64,000 nt of DNA from assembly GCA_026415655.1 (NCBI GenBank), contig JAOAGR010000008.1, forward strand, positions 551 through 64,550. The letters are read 5' to 3'. Made by a program: the position numbers and the translations under genes. Position 1 is the stretch's first letter. Each line of letters begins with the position of its first letter. The DNA is from Candidatus Dojkabacteria bacterium (lineage in GTDB: Bacteria > Patescibacteriota > Dojkabacteria > JAOAGR01). The notes beneath the pieces are model-generated. The model saw only the letters and a program-made list of their open reading frames with translations, was not told the origin of the DNA and searched no databases. This document shows, piece after piece, positions 49,831 to 59,043 of the stretch.

Positions 49831-51285
49831 TCATCTTTGTCTGTGAAAGATATTTCTTCTTGATCCATGTTTTTTTAGCACTCTTTGGGTTGTTTCAGAA
49901 TCTTTATAATGTTTTTTTAAAGAATATAAATAATCTTTCATAACTTTTGAATTCTTCTCATAATCACAAATAACTGGAATATATCCCTTTATACCGGTAT
50001 TTTTATTATTCAAAATCTCTTCATCTGGTATTTCTTCTAACTCAGGTAACCATCTACGAACAAATTTTAACTTCGGATCCTGATCCAAAAGTTGTTTATG
50101 TGGACTATAAACGCGTATTACATTAATTCCTACAACACCAGCTTGCATCTGTAATTGACTAATATGAATACCAGGTTCAAAATCTAAAAAAATACGCGCT
50201 AGCAGTTTATTTATATCACGCCAATCTAAATGCAACACATGGCAAGCAAAAGAGGTAACTAAAGACCTCATTCTGAAATTTAAAAAACCAGTTTTATGAA
50301 GACAAACCATACAAGCATCTACCAATGGAAACCCAGTCCGTCCATGATACCAAGCTTCTAATTTCTCTTTATCAAATTTATATGGGGGATTTTCAAATAT
50401 AGGATTTAGAGCATGAAATTCCATCTCTGGTTCCATCTCAAGACGTTGTATAAAATGATCTCTCCAGTACATCCTACCTAGAAAAGCATTTAAAGATCTT
50501 TGAAAAATGACATCATCACTTAATTCTTTTAATCTTTGTCTTGTTTTTTGTACTACGACTCTTGGCGATATAGTACCCCAAGCAAGATATACTGATAACC
50601 TTGAACCATGATAAAAAGCGGTATTTGGTGAACTAATACTTTTTTGATAAAGTCTCCCACGATATTTTAAAAAGGTATCAAGAGTTTTATGGGCTTTTTT
50701 TTCACTAACTTTTTGAAGTAAATCACAATCAAAATTATCAATTAGTTTTTGTTTTAAATAATCAATATCTAATGTATTTTGCCTAATATAATCTAGAGGT
50801 ACTTTTATCATATCAGGGGCTGGGACAATGTGTTGAGCCATAAAAGACTCCCATAATCCTTGCCATTTATCCCTATTTTTCAGTCCACGAAATACACCTG
50901 TTTGGGAATATTCATTAAAAACAATCCTATTTGACTTAGCCCATTTTCTTAGTTTCTTATCTCTTTTGAATGTTTCATCCACTCCAATCTCTTCATGTGC
51001 AAAAATGTAGGAAATATTAAAAGATTTAAGTATCTCTTCTAATACAAAAATAATATCACCATCTTTTATTAAAATATCACCACCAATTTTCCTAATATTA
51101 TCCTGGAGGTCACGCAGAGCAGAGAGCATTGCGTCAAGATGAAATCTAGAAGTATATTCACTATTCAAAAGGATATCCTCAAAAACAAAAAGTGGAATTA
51201 CCTGTTCACAATGTCTAACTGCTTGGTACAGAGCTTCATTGTCTAATAATCTAAAATCACGTTTTATAATCCAAACTCCCAACAT
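49831..51285 (-). CDS. Photolyase/cryptochrome family flavoprotein
   Basis: KRDFRLLDNEAL, SRLSVYLAWG, GRTGFPLVDACM, NFRMR, FLDFEPGIH. Confidence 0.93.
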   Translation of the reverse strand: MLGVWIIKRDFRLLDNEALYQAVRHCEQVIPLFVFEDILLNSEYTSRFHLDAMLSALRDLQDNIRKIGGDILIKDGDIIFVLEEILKSFNISYIFAHEEIGVDETFKRDKKLRKWAKSNRIVFNEYSQTGVFRGLKNRDKWQGLWESFMAQHIVPAPDMIKVPLDYIRQNTLDIDYLKQKLIDNFDCDLLQKVSEKKAHKTLDTFLKYRGRLYQKSISSPNTAFYHGSRLSVYLAWGTISPRVVVQKTRQRLKELSDDVIFQRSLNAFLGRMYWRDHFIQRLEMEPEMEFHALNPIFENPPYKFDKEKLEAWYHGRTGFPLVDACMVCLHKTGFLNFRMRSLVTSFACHVLHLDWRDINKLLARIFLDFEPGIHISQLQMQAGVVGINVIRVYSPHKQLLDQDPKLKFVRRWLPELEEIPDEEILNNKNTGIKGYIPVICDYEKNSKVMKDYLYSLKKHYKDSETTQRVLKKHGSRRNIFHRQR

Positions 51286-51319
51286 ATGATATAATCAAAT
51301 CTGGTATATTATATAAGAA

Positions 51320-51404
51320 GACGAGATGGTGGAACTGGTAGACACGCTACCTTGAGGGGGTAGTGCTTCGCGGCGTGGGGGTTCAAGTCCCCCTCTCGTC
51401 ACCA
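51320..51404 (+). tRNA. tRNA-Leu(GAG)
   Basis: GACGAGATGGTGGAACTGGTAGACACGCTACC-TTGAGGG-GGTAG...GGTTCAAGTCC...CTCGTCACCA. Confidence 0.97.
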
Positions 51405-51435
51405 AGAAGGGTTATTAATGTAAATGATGTAATTG

Positions 51436-53262
51436 ATGTCAAATAAAAAAAAATTTCGTCATAAGAACAAAAGACATTCGAATAATATAAACAGACGAAA
51501 TAAAAATAATTACAAAGAGAGAGAAAACTATCATTCTCAACGGGAAAAATTTAGAATTAATAGTGCCACCAATTGGGGGGAGAATAGTACTTATCAATTT
51601 CAAAGGTCTGACTCCGAACCGGTAAAAATTATCCCAATAAATGGTCTAGAGACTGTGGGTACAAATTGTACCTTAATACAGTATAAGGATGATATCATAA
51701 TCATTGATCTAGGTCTCGGACTTGCTGAATATAATCTCCCGGGCGTTGATGCGGTAGTACCGAATTTATCATATCTAGATGATAAAAAAGATAAAATACG
51801 TGGAATTATCATAACACACGGCCATACAGACCATATAGGTGCATTACAATATTTATATGCAGAACTTGGTTGTCCACCGATCCACGCTCCGCGAATGGCG
51901 TCAGAAATGATAAAAGATAAGTTCGAAGAAGCTAAATTAAAAGATAAGCTTAAAATAAACCAAATAGATGAAAATTCAAGTTATTATTTGGGTATATTTC
52001 GGATACAACATTTCCGGATGACACATACAATCATGGATAACTATGGTGTAGCTATTGATACTCCGCACGGCAAGATAGTTACACCTAGCGATTATAAATT
52101 TGATTTATCACCGTACAAAGAACCTCCATCAGACTATTCAAGACTTGTAAAACTTGGCGATGAAGGCGTGCTGCTACTTTTAGACGAATCAACAAGCGTC
52201 AAAAAACCGGGCTGGGCTCCATCAGAAACGACAATAGCAAAAGATTTAGAAGAGATTATTCGTACAGCACCAGGTAGACTAATCATAGGACTTTTCTCCA
52301 CAATGATTAGCCGAGTGCGACAAATAACAGAAATCGCATTCAAATATAATAAAAAGATCGCAATATTAGGCAAAAGTATAAAAACAAACCTTGATATAGC
52401 CCATAGACTTGGTTATATTAATGTAAGTAGCAGTACTTATATATCTCCAAAGGAAATTAACAAATACCCTGATAATCAGATAATAATACTTTCTACAGGA
52501 TCACAAGGTGAACCAGATTCGGCACTTATCAAATTAGCCCAGAATGAATACAAAAATGTCTATCTCAAACCAACCGATACCGTGCTATTTTCATCATCAA
52601 GAATACCAGGTAACGAGCTCAGAATTGATGCCTTGATAAATGAATTAGTTTTGAAGGGATGTAAAGTAATCACCAGTGAATATATGATGGTTCATGCATC
52701 CGGCCATGGATGTAAAGAAGATCATAGACTAATGATAACTCTCACACGACCTAAGTTTGTTATGCCAATACATGGTGACCCATCAATGCGTCAAGCAAAC
52801 AAAGACCTACTTTTGGAGATGGGATATAGGTCAGATGAGGTAATTCTAGTCAATAATGGACAAATAGTTGAATTATGGAGTGATAGATGGCAATTAGGTG
52901 ATAGTGTCGATGTTTCACCTCTATGGATAGAAGGCTATAAATTAGGTAAATTTGATAGTAACATAGTAGAAGAGAGAAAAGCTTTAATAAATGACGGACT
53001 ATTAAGCATAACTATTAAACTAAGAAATAATAATGGTAAGTATCAAACAGAAAACATCCAAGTCCAAACAGTAGGAATGTTTATAGAAATACATGACAGT
53101 TATATTAAACAAGAGCTCAAGCATGAAATTATCAATCAAATAAGTCAAATTAATAGCAATGTATCGACTGAATTTTTTATCAAAACAATTAGACATTTTG
53201 TATTACAGAAAATAAGAGAAAAATATAATAAATCACCATATATTTTAATAACTGTCATCTGA
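51436..53262 (+). CDS. rnj: Ribonuclease J
   Basis: THGHTDHIG, DYKFD, TGSQGEP, IPGNE, HASGH, PIHG; basic N-terminal extension. Confidence 0.95.
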   Translation: MSNKKKFRHKNKRHSNNINRRNKNNYKERENYHSQREKFRINSATNWGENSTYQFQRSDSEPVKIIPINGLETVGTNCTLIQYKDDIIIIDLGLGLAEYNLPGVDAVVPNLSYLDDKKDKIRGIIITHGHTDHIGALQYLYAELGCPPIHAPRMASEMIKDKFEEAKLKDKLKINQIDENSSYYLGIFRIQHFRMTHTIMDNYGVAIDTPHGKIVTPSDYKFDLSPYKEPPSDYSRLVKLGDEGVLLLLDESTSVKKPGWAPSETTIAKDLEEIIRTAPGRLIIGLFSTMISRVRQITEIAFKYNKKIAILGKSIKTNLDIAHRLGYINVSSSTYISPKEINKYPDNQIIILSTGSQGEPDSALIKLAQNEYKNVYLKPTDTVLFSSSRIPGNELRIDALINELVLKGCKVITSEYMMVHASGHGCKEDHRLMITLTRPKFVMPIHGDPSMRQANKDLLLEMGYRSDEVILVNNGQIVELWSDRWQLGDSVDVSPLWIEGYKLGKFDSNIVEERKALINDGLLSITIKLRNNNGKYQTENIQVQTVGMFIEIHDSYIKQELKHEIINQISQINSNVSTEFFIKTIRHFVLQKIREKYNKSPYILITVI

Positions 53263-53353
53263 AATCGATATAATTTACAAATTGTAATTTTGTTTATCAG
53301 CATGGTAAAATTTTGAGTTTATAAAAATAATTTATTTGTGTTAAAGTAGGACT

Positions 53354-54208
53354 ATGAAAGTGGGGATAATATGTAATAAAAAGAATAAAACAATTAATCG
53401 AATTTCTGAAGAACTAGAAAAATTAGGCCATGAGTGTTATAGATTGTATTTGAAAGATTTTATATTTTCTATAGAAAACAACGAAAACTTTACTATCTCC
53501 CACCGTAAGAAAGAGATCAATGACATTGATATATTTTTTTTCAAATTTAATACAGATAATCATAGTCTTCAATCGATTCTGGAATTTATAGAGTCTAGAA
53601 ATAAAAAAGTTATTAATGGACAAAATACTACATATTTGACCAATTTTTATCTATTTCACGCACTCGTGAGAAATCATATAAAAGTAATAAATCTATATCA
53701 TACTGCAGGACTTAGGGCAGCACGCGATGTACTCATTGATTTAGAGCATCCAATAATGATTTTGCCATTTGAAGGTAAAGAAACACGCGCAGAGATATCG
53801 GATGACTGGACCGAGTCATTTGATGTAGTCAAGTCAGAAAAAATTAAAATTTTTGATTTTTTAGAAATACCAGAAAATATATATAAAACCGGAACTTATA
53901 ACACATCTATCATTGTCAATAATAAAATCATTTTCAATGCGGAGGTAAGTACAAAAGACAAACTCCTCTGGGCTAGCACACTCAAAAAATATAAAACTAT
54001 CGAACCAACAGAAACAACTGTAAACCAATTGCAAAATATAATGTCATTATTGGAACTAGATATATGTCAAATTGATTTTTATATTGACGAAAATTCCAAT
54101 GAAATAATTGTACTTAACATAAGTTTATTTCCATCAATCTACAGTATTGAAAATAAATTTAAAGTCAATTTAGCACGAGAAATCGCTGAATTTATAGTTT
54201 CAAAATGA
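53354..54208 (+). CDS. RimK-like ATP-grasp fold protein, degenerate
   Basis: RimK-like length and layout ([33 protein letters not shown]) without canonical ATP residues. Confidence 0.6.
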   Translation: MKVGIICNKKNKTINRISEELEKLGHECYRLYLKDFIFSIENNENFTISHRKKEINDIDIFFFKFNTDNHSLQSILEFIESRNKKVINGQNTTYLTNFYLFHALVRNHIKVINLYHTAGLRAARDVLIDLEHPIMILPFEGKETRAEISDDWTESFDVVKSEKIKIFDFLEIPENIYKTGTYNTSIIVNNKIIFNAEVSTKDKLLWASTLKKYKTIEPTETTVNQLQNIMSLLELDICQIDFYIDENSNEIIVLNISLFPSIYSIENKFKVNLAREIAEFIVSK

Positions 54209-56358
54209 TAAAACTGCAAAAAAAGTTTAAGCTGGTAAGCAATTTTAAACCTACGGGAGATCAACCACAGGCGATAGAGAAATTAACTAACGGAATACTA
54301 GAAGGCCGTAAACATCAAACACTTTTAGGTGCAACAGGTACAGGAAAAACCTTTACGATGGCAAATATTATAGCCAACGTACAAAGGCCAACTCTGATTT
54401 TGGCTCATAATAAAACACTAGCCGCACAACTGGCAAGTGAATTTAGAGAATTTTTTCCAGAAAATGCTGTGAGATATTTCGTCAGCTATTATGACTATTA
54501 TCAACCAGAGGCTTATAAGCCTTCAACAGACACTTATATAGAAAAGGAAGCGCAAATAAACGAAGAAATAGAAAAATATCGCAACGCTGCTACTCAAAGT
54601 CTGTTGACAAGAAATGATGTGATTATAGTCGCATCAGTATCTTGTATTTACGGTCTTGGATCACCAGAAACTTACGATGCTTTAGCCTTTGAAATAAAAA
54701 GGGGACAAATATTTGAACGAAATAAGTTGCTTAGAAGATTTGTCGATCTGCTATACACACGCAATGATCTAGAATTAAAAAGGTCCAATTTTAGAGCTAA
54801 AGGCGATATAGTAGAGATCTTTCCATCATACGAAGATAATGTCATCAGAATAAGCTATTTCGGTGACGAAATAGAAAGTATAAAAATCATAGATCCATTG
54901 ACTGGGGAGATAATCGATGAACCAGAGGGAGTTAGTATATTTCCGTCAAATCATTATGTAACACCATTTGATATATTGAAAGAGAAAATACCAATTATCC
55001 GAAAAGAGTTAGAAGAACGAATAAAATTTTTTAAGAGTCAAAATAAATTATTAGAAGCTGAACGAATCAAACAAAGAACAAACTATGATATTGAGATGCT
55101 AGAAGAAGTGGGATATTGTAGGGGGATAGAAAATTATTCACCGATTATCGAAGGTAGATCTCCGGGTGAGCCACCATCTACACTCTTGGACTATTTTCCT
55201 GACGACTATCTAATGTTTATAGATGAATCGCATATTACATTGCCCCAAGTCAGAGGCATGTATCATGGTGACAGATCAAGAAAACAAACTTTAGTAGAAT
55301 ATGGTTTTAGGCTCCCATCGGCAATGGACAATAGACCTTTGAATTTTTCTGAATTTCAAAAACGCATTAATCAAGTAATTTATGTATCCGCAACTCCCCA
55401 AGAATACGAACTTATAAATTCTATAGAATCAGCTCAAAAACTCTATCCTAACCCAAAAATCACTGATATTTTATCGGCAGCAGCACAAAATACGAATGAA
55501 GAAAAGAAAAAATCAAAACTATATAACGAAATAATAACTAAACTTGATTATGAAGACCATAAAATCACTGGCATAGCCCAGCAGATTATCAGACCAACGG
55601 GACTTTTAGATCCAAAGATAGAGATACGGCCTATCATGGGGCAGATCAAAGATCTAGAAAAAGAAATTCAAATAAGAAAGAGTAGGGGAGAAAGAGTACT
55701 TGTAACAACTCTTACCAAAAGAATGGCAGAAGAGCTTACGGCTTATCTTAAAGAAAATGGATTTAATGTACAATATTTACATTCTGATGTAGAAACTATC
55801 GAACGTGTAGAGATCCTTAGAGATCTTAGATTAGGAGTATTTGATATTGTTGTTGGAATAAATCTGTTACGTGAGGGGCTGGATCTACCCGAAGTGTCAC
55901 TTGTTGCAATACTTGATGCAGACAAAGAAGGTTTTTTACGCAATCAGACATCCTTGATACAAACAATAGGTCGTGCCGCAAGGCACCCAAATGGCTATGT
56001 CATCATGTATGCTGATTACATCACAGATTCTATGAGACTCGCCATTGAAGAAACAGAGCGCCGCCGCAGGATACAGGAAGAATACAATCGCATTAATAAT
56101 ATCACACCAAAACCCATCATCAAAAAAGTAGAGGTACATTTACAAAGATCAGATGACAAAGGTAAAAGAGATAAAAGTGAAAAATCTCGTACAAAAGATA
56201 TTAATTTGCCAAAAAACCTAACTGGAGAGCAAATAGAGAAACTAATCGAAGAATACACACGCAAGATGAAAGAAGCCGCAGATAATCTAGAGTTTTTTAC
56301 AGCGGCGGAGTATAGGGATAAAATAGCGTCAATAAAAAATTATATAGTCAACAGATGA
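54205..56358 (+). CDS. uvrB: Excinuclease ABC subunit B
   Basis: [48 protein letters not shown] domain. Confidence 0.98.
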   Translation: MIKLQKKFKLVSNFKPTGDQPQAIEKLTNGILEGRKHQTLLGATGTGKTFTMANIIANVQRPTLILAHNKTLAAQLASEFREFFPENAVRYFVSYYDYYQPEAYKPSTDTYIEKEAQINEEIEKYRNAATQSLLTRNDVIIVASVSCIYGLGSPETYDALAFEIKRGQIFERNKLLRRFVDLLYTRNDLELKRSNFRAKGDIVEIFPSYEDNVIRISYFGDEIESIKIIDPLTGEIIDEPEGVSIFPSNHYVTPFDILKEKIPIIRKELEERIKFFKSQNKLLEAERIKQRTNYDIEMLEEVGYCRGIENYSPIIEGRSPGEPPSTLLDYFPDDYLMFIDESHITLPQVRGMYHGDRSRKQTLVEYGFRLPSAMDNRPLNFSEFQKRINQVIYVSATPQEYELINSIESAQKLYPNPKITDILSAAAQNTNEEKKKSKLYNEIITKLDYEDHKITGIAQQIIRPTGLLDPKIEIRPIMGQIKDLEKEIQIRKSRGERVLVTTLTKRMAEELTAYLKENGFNVQYLHSDVETIERVEILRDLRLGVFDIVVGINLLREGLDLPEVSLVAILDADKEGFLRNQTSLIQTIGRAARHPNGYVIMYADYITDSMRLAIEETERRRRIQEEYNRINNITPKPIIKKVEVHLQRSDDKGKRDKSEKSRTKDINLPKNLTGEQIEKLIEEYTRKMKEAADNLEFFTAAEYRDKIASIKNYIVNR

Positions 56359-56682
56359 AATAAGTGATCATAAATATATTTTTAGGCGATAAACAATTTT
56401 TAATTCAAAAATTTTATCCTTCTTATCCGTATCCTCTTTGATGTCTCATCTTTATATTCTTCAGATAGTAAGGTAGTATAAAGTAGACATAATCAAAATA
56501 GATAACGATGAAAATTATTCCAATCTAAAAATATACATTCATATACAAACCCGACAACAAAATATTTATCATAGCTAAGCACTTAATCCGTATAAAAAGA
56601 TCTACTTGGTTTTAAATATTTAAGTTTACCCAATAAATCAAAAAATCTATACAGAGAAACTATTTTTAACTTTTCGAATTGT

Positions 56683-56713
56683 AAAAAAAGACAAGGTCCC
56701 AAAGACCTTGTCT
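56683..56713 (-). terminator. Rho-independent terminator for the 56784..57347 gene
   Basis: Perfect 10-bp stem AGACAAGGTC/GACCTTGTCT, 5-nt loop, T run on the minus strand. Confidence 0.85.
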
Positions 56714-56783
56714 ATGCCTTATTTATATAGACAAAATACACTATCTCCTACCATCTACCACTATAATGTCCATTCACAGGATC

Positions 56784-57347
56784 TCAATTTACGGAACCCC
56801 CATATTTTATTGTATACCCCCCTTCACCATTAGGCGTGGCAATGGTTAACTTCTCAATCTGTTCAGCTAACTCTTCCGGAAAACGTACAACCTGTACTAC
56901 TTGACCAGGTTTGACAAAATTAGGATTCCCGGTCTCATTTATATTTGGATCTAATTGGGCTAAATATCCCTGATATCCCACTTTACCTTCTTCTCCAAAG
57001 GCTCTCTCAAGTGCCATATTTATACCCTCACCGGGTTTTATTTCAATAGTCTCGATTTTACCTCCTAATGCTTCAATAATTTTTTGCAGATTAGGATCCT
57101 CTAAATTTGCATCCGGATTCTGATTTAAATATTCTACTAAGTCATTAACTGAAACTGTGTGTACACCAGGCTGCTCAACTTGATAATCGTATGGACCCCT
57201 CGAAACATCTGCTACTCCGCTCAATGCCTCACCAACAGGAGGTTGTTCAGCATTATATCCAGCACAAATAGCCCCTATGCCGTCGGAAACGGATCTACCA
57301 GCCCAAGTTCCAAGCAGTGCAAGAAGGACCGCTGAACCAACTCTCAA
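56784..57347 (-). CDS. Exported acidic protein with a divergent LysM-like domain
   Basis: Signal-like N-terminus; TIEIKPGEG...LAQLDPNI...NPNFVKPGQVVQV; TTG start uncertain. Confidence 0.6.
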   Translation of the reverse strand: MRVGSAVLLALLGTWAGRSVSDGIGAICAGYNAEQPPVGEALSGVADVSRGPYDYQVEQPGVHTVSVNDLVEYLNQNPDANLEDPNLQKIIEALGGKIETIEIKPGEGINMALERAFGEEGKVGYQGYLAQLDPNINETGNPNFVKPGQVVQVVRFPEELAEQIEKLTIATPNGEGGYTIKYGGSVN

Positions 57348-57425
57348 ATGTAAATAATCCGAACGAAAATCTTATTAATATACGTAATTTTTACTTAAAA
57401 CCTTTCGCAATCCAATATGTATCTC

Positions 57426-58343
57426 TTATACGTTAATTAGCAACTCAAATCCATACCCCTTTCTAGATTTTAATATATCCTTAGAATAACCCAAATTAGT
57501 AATCTTCCTCCTCAACCTCGACATAAACTGATCTATAGCGTCCGCTGTGACTTCGTTTATACTTTTTTGCCATACTATTTTAGCCAACAGTTCTCTTGTT
57601 ATCATTCTGTTTTTTACTAAATATCTGAGGACGTTCACCTCTTTGAGAGTCAACTTATCTGACATAGATTCTATATCTTCAAACGTTATTGTTGTTTTTT
57701 TTGAAATTTCCTCTACTGATGTAGTTTCTCTTGATTTTTTCTCCTTATGATTTTCTTCGTTTATCTGATTATCTATTTGTGGAGTCGATACAATATCAGA
57801 TTTTTGATTTTGTACAGTATTATTAAGATTCTCAAATACATAATTGTAGACGTCAGAGATTTTACTTAATTTATTGACTTTATAAGTTTTTTCAAATATC
57901 AACACCAACCGTCTATAAATATCATTCAAAAAAAGTGAAGAATAGGTAATGTATAGTTTGTCAGGAAATATCTTACTATCCCTTTCATTTATGATAATCA
58001 ATCTAAAATTGTACTGCAGAGCAAAACCCATTATAAATCTGATTTTGATTTGATCAAGCTCTAGACATACCAAATATTTATTTTCTAGATTATGTTCTTT
58101 ATCTCTTGCTAATTTTGTTATTTCCTCTTCTAGATCTTCTAGATTTTTGTCATTTCTAAAATAACAAAACTCAAATTTAGAACAAATATCACGACAATTT
58201 TGTCTGTCAGAATTTAGTGTTAAATCGATAAAATACAAGATGTCAGTTTTATCTCCAATAAGCTCAATTGATTTCCTCTGATTTATTAAGGTCACGAATT
58301 TTTCTTGAAGTATCGTTATATCTTTATCTTTATTTGTCAGCAT
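57426..58343 (-). CDS. OmpR/PhoB-type winged-helix protein without a recognisable receiver domain
   Basis: LTLKEVNVLRYL, ITRELLAKIVW, IDQFMSRLRRKI, RKGYGF at the C-terminus. Confidence 0.8.
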   Translation of the reverse strand: MLTNKDKDITILQEKFVTLINQRKSIELIGDKTDILYFIDLTLNSDRQNCRDICSKFEFCYFRNDKNLEDLEEEITKLARDKEHNLENKYLVCLELDQIKIRFIMGFALQYNFRLIIINERDSKIFPDKLYITYSSLFLNDIYRRLVLIFEKTYKVNKLSKISDVYNYVFENLNNTVQNQKSDIVSTPQIDNQINEENHKEKKSRETTSVEEISKKTTITFEDIESMSDKLTLKEVNVLRYLVKNRMITRELLAKIVWQKSINEVTADAIDQFMSRLRRKITNLGYSKDILKSRKGYGFELLINV

Positions 58344-58344
58344 A

Positions 58345-58367
58345 ACGTCATGATTATATCATGACGT
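58345..58367. promoter_or_regulatory. Perfect inverted repeat over the extended -10 of the winged-helix gene, candidate operator
   Basis: ACGTCATGAT-tat-ATCATGACGT; minus strand reads TGaTATAAT 9 nt before the ATG. Confidence 0.65.
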
Positions 58368-58443
58368 GCGGAGATAAACACTAACGATTATATCAATAAG
58401 AGGTTTAAAAAATTAAATTGTATTAATTTTCTCCTTGAACAAC

Positions 58444-59043
58444 CTAATGAATTAATAAGTAATTCGGTATATCAAATTCTTTATACTCATCAATCGAAGA
58501 TTTTTTTTTGATAATCCTACTAAAGCACTCCGCCTCCAGAAGAGCGTCCTCTAGCGCATTATGACTTTTTCTAATAACTCTTATTCCACAAAATTGAAGA
58601 ATATAATCAAGGCCGAGATTGGATCTCTTATCGTAGAGCGGTATTGGTATACCCAATTCTAAATGCTTCGAATAAACAATGCTATGTAAGTCTAAAATAC
58701 GATCACCAAATTTGTGATTTATACCTGACCTCTGACACTCTGCACGTAACCATTTAAGATCTACATGAACATTCTGTCCTGCAAGTGTCTGATTATCAAA
58801 CTGTTGAAGCCAACTAATGAAATCTACTAATATCTCTCGTGGCAATGGCTTATTTGTATCTTTGATTGATTCAATAGTAAAACCCGCCACTTCTAAAGCC
58901 TTTGGATCGATGTGACAGTCATCATAAGCTCTAGATTCAGCATAAAATCTTTTTTCTGGATTATCAAAAGATACTGCACCTATACTGAGTATCGATGACT
59001 TTTCAAAATTTAGGCTGGTGGCCTCAATGTCAACTACTATCAT
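58444..59043 (-). CDS. DEDDh 3'-5' exonuclease
   Basis: VVDIEAT, GQNVHVD, HNALEDA. Confidence 0.9.
   Translation of the reverse strand: MIVVDIEATSLNFEKSSILSIGAVSFDNPEKRFYAESRAYDDCHIDPKALEVAGFTIESIKDTNKPLPREILVDFISWLQQFDNQTLAGQNVHVDLKWLRAECQRSGINHKFGDRILDLHSIVYSKHLELGIPIPLYDKRSNLGLDYILQFCGIRVIRKSHNALEDALLEAECFSRIIKKKSSIDEYKEFDIPNYLLIH

Noticed and set aside
25397-56358. Inteins or introns explaining the insertions in PcrA, TopA and UvrB
   Set aside because: Insertions are short, in frame, and lack C/S...HN splice motifs or endonuclease signatures
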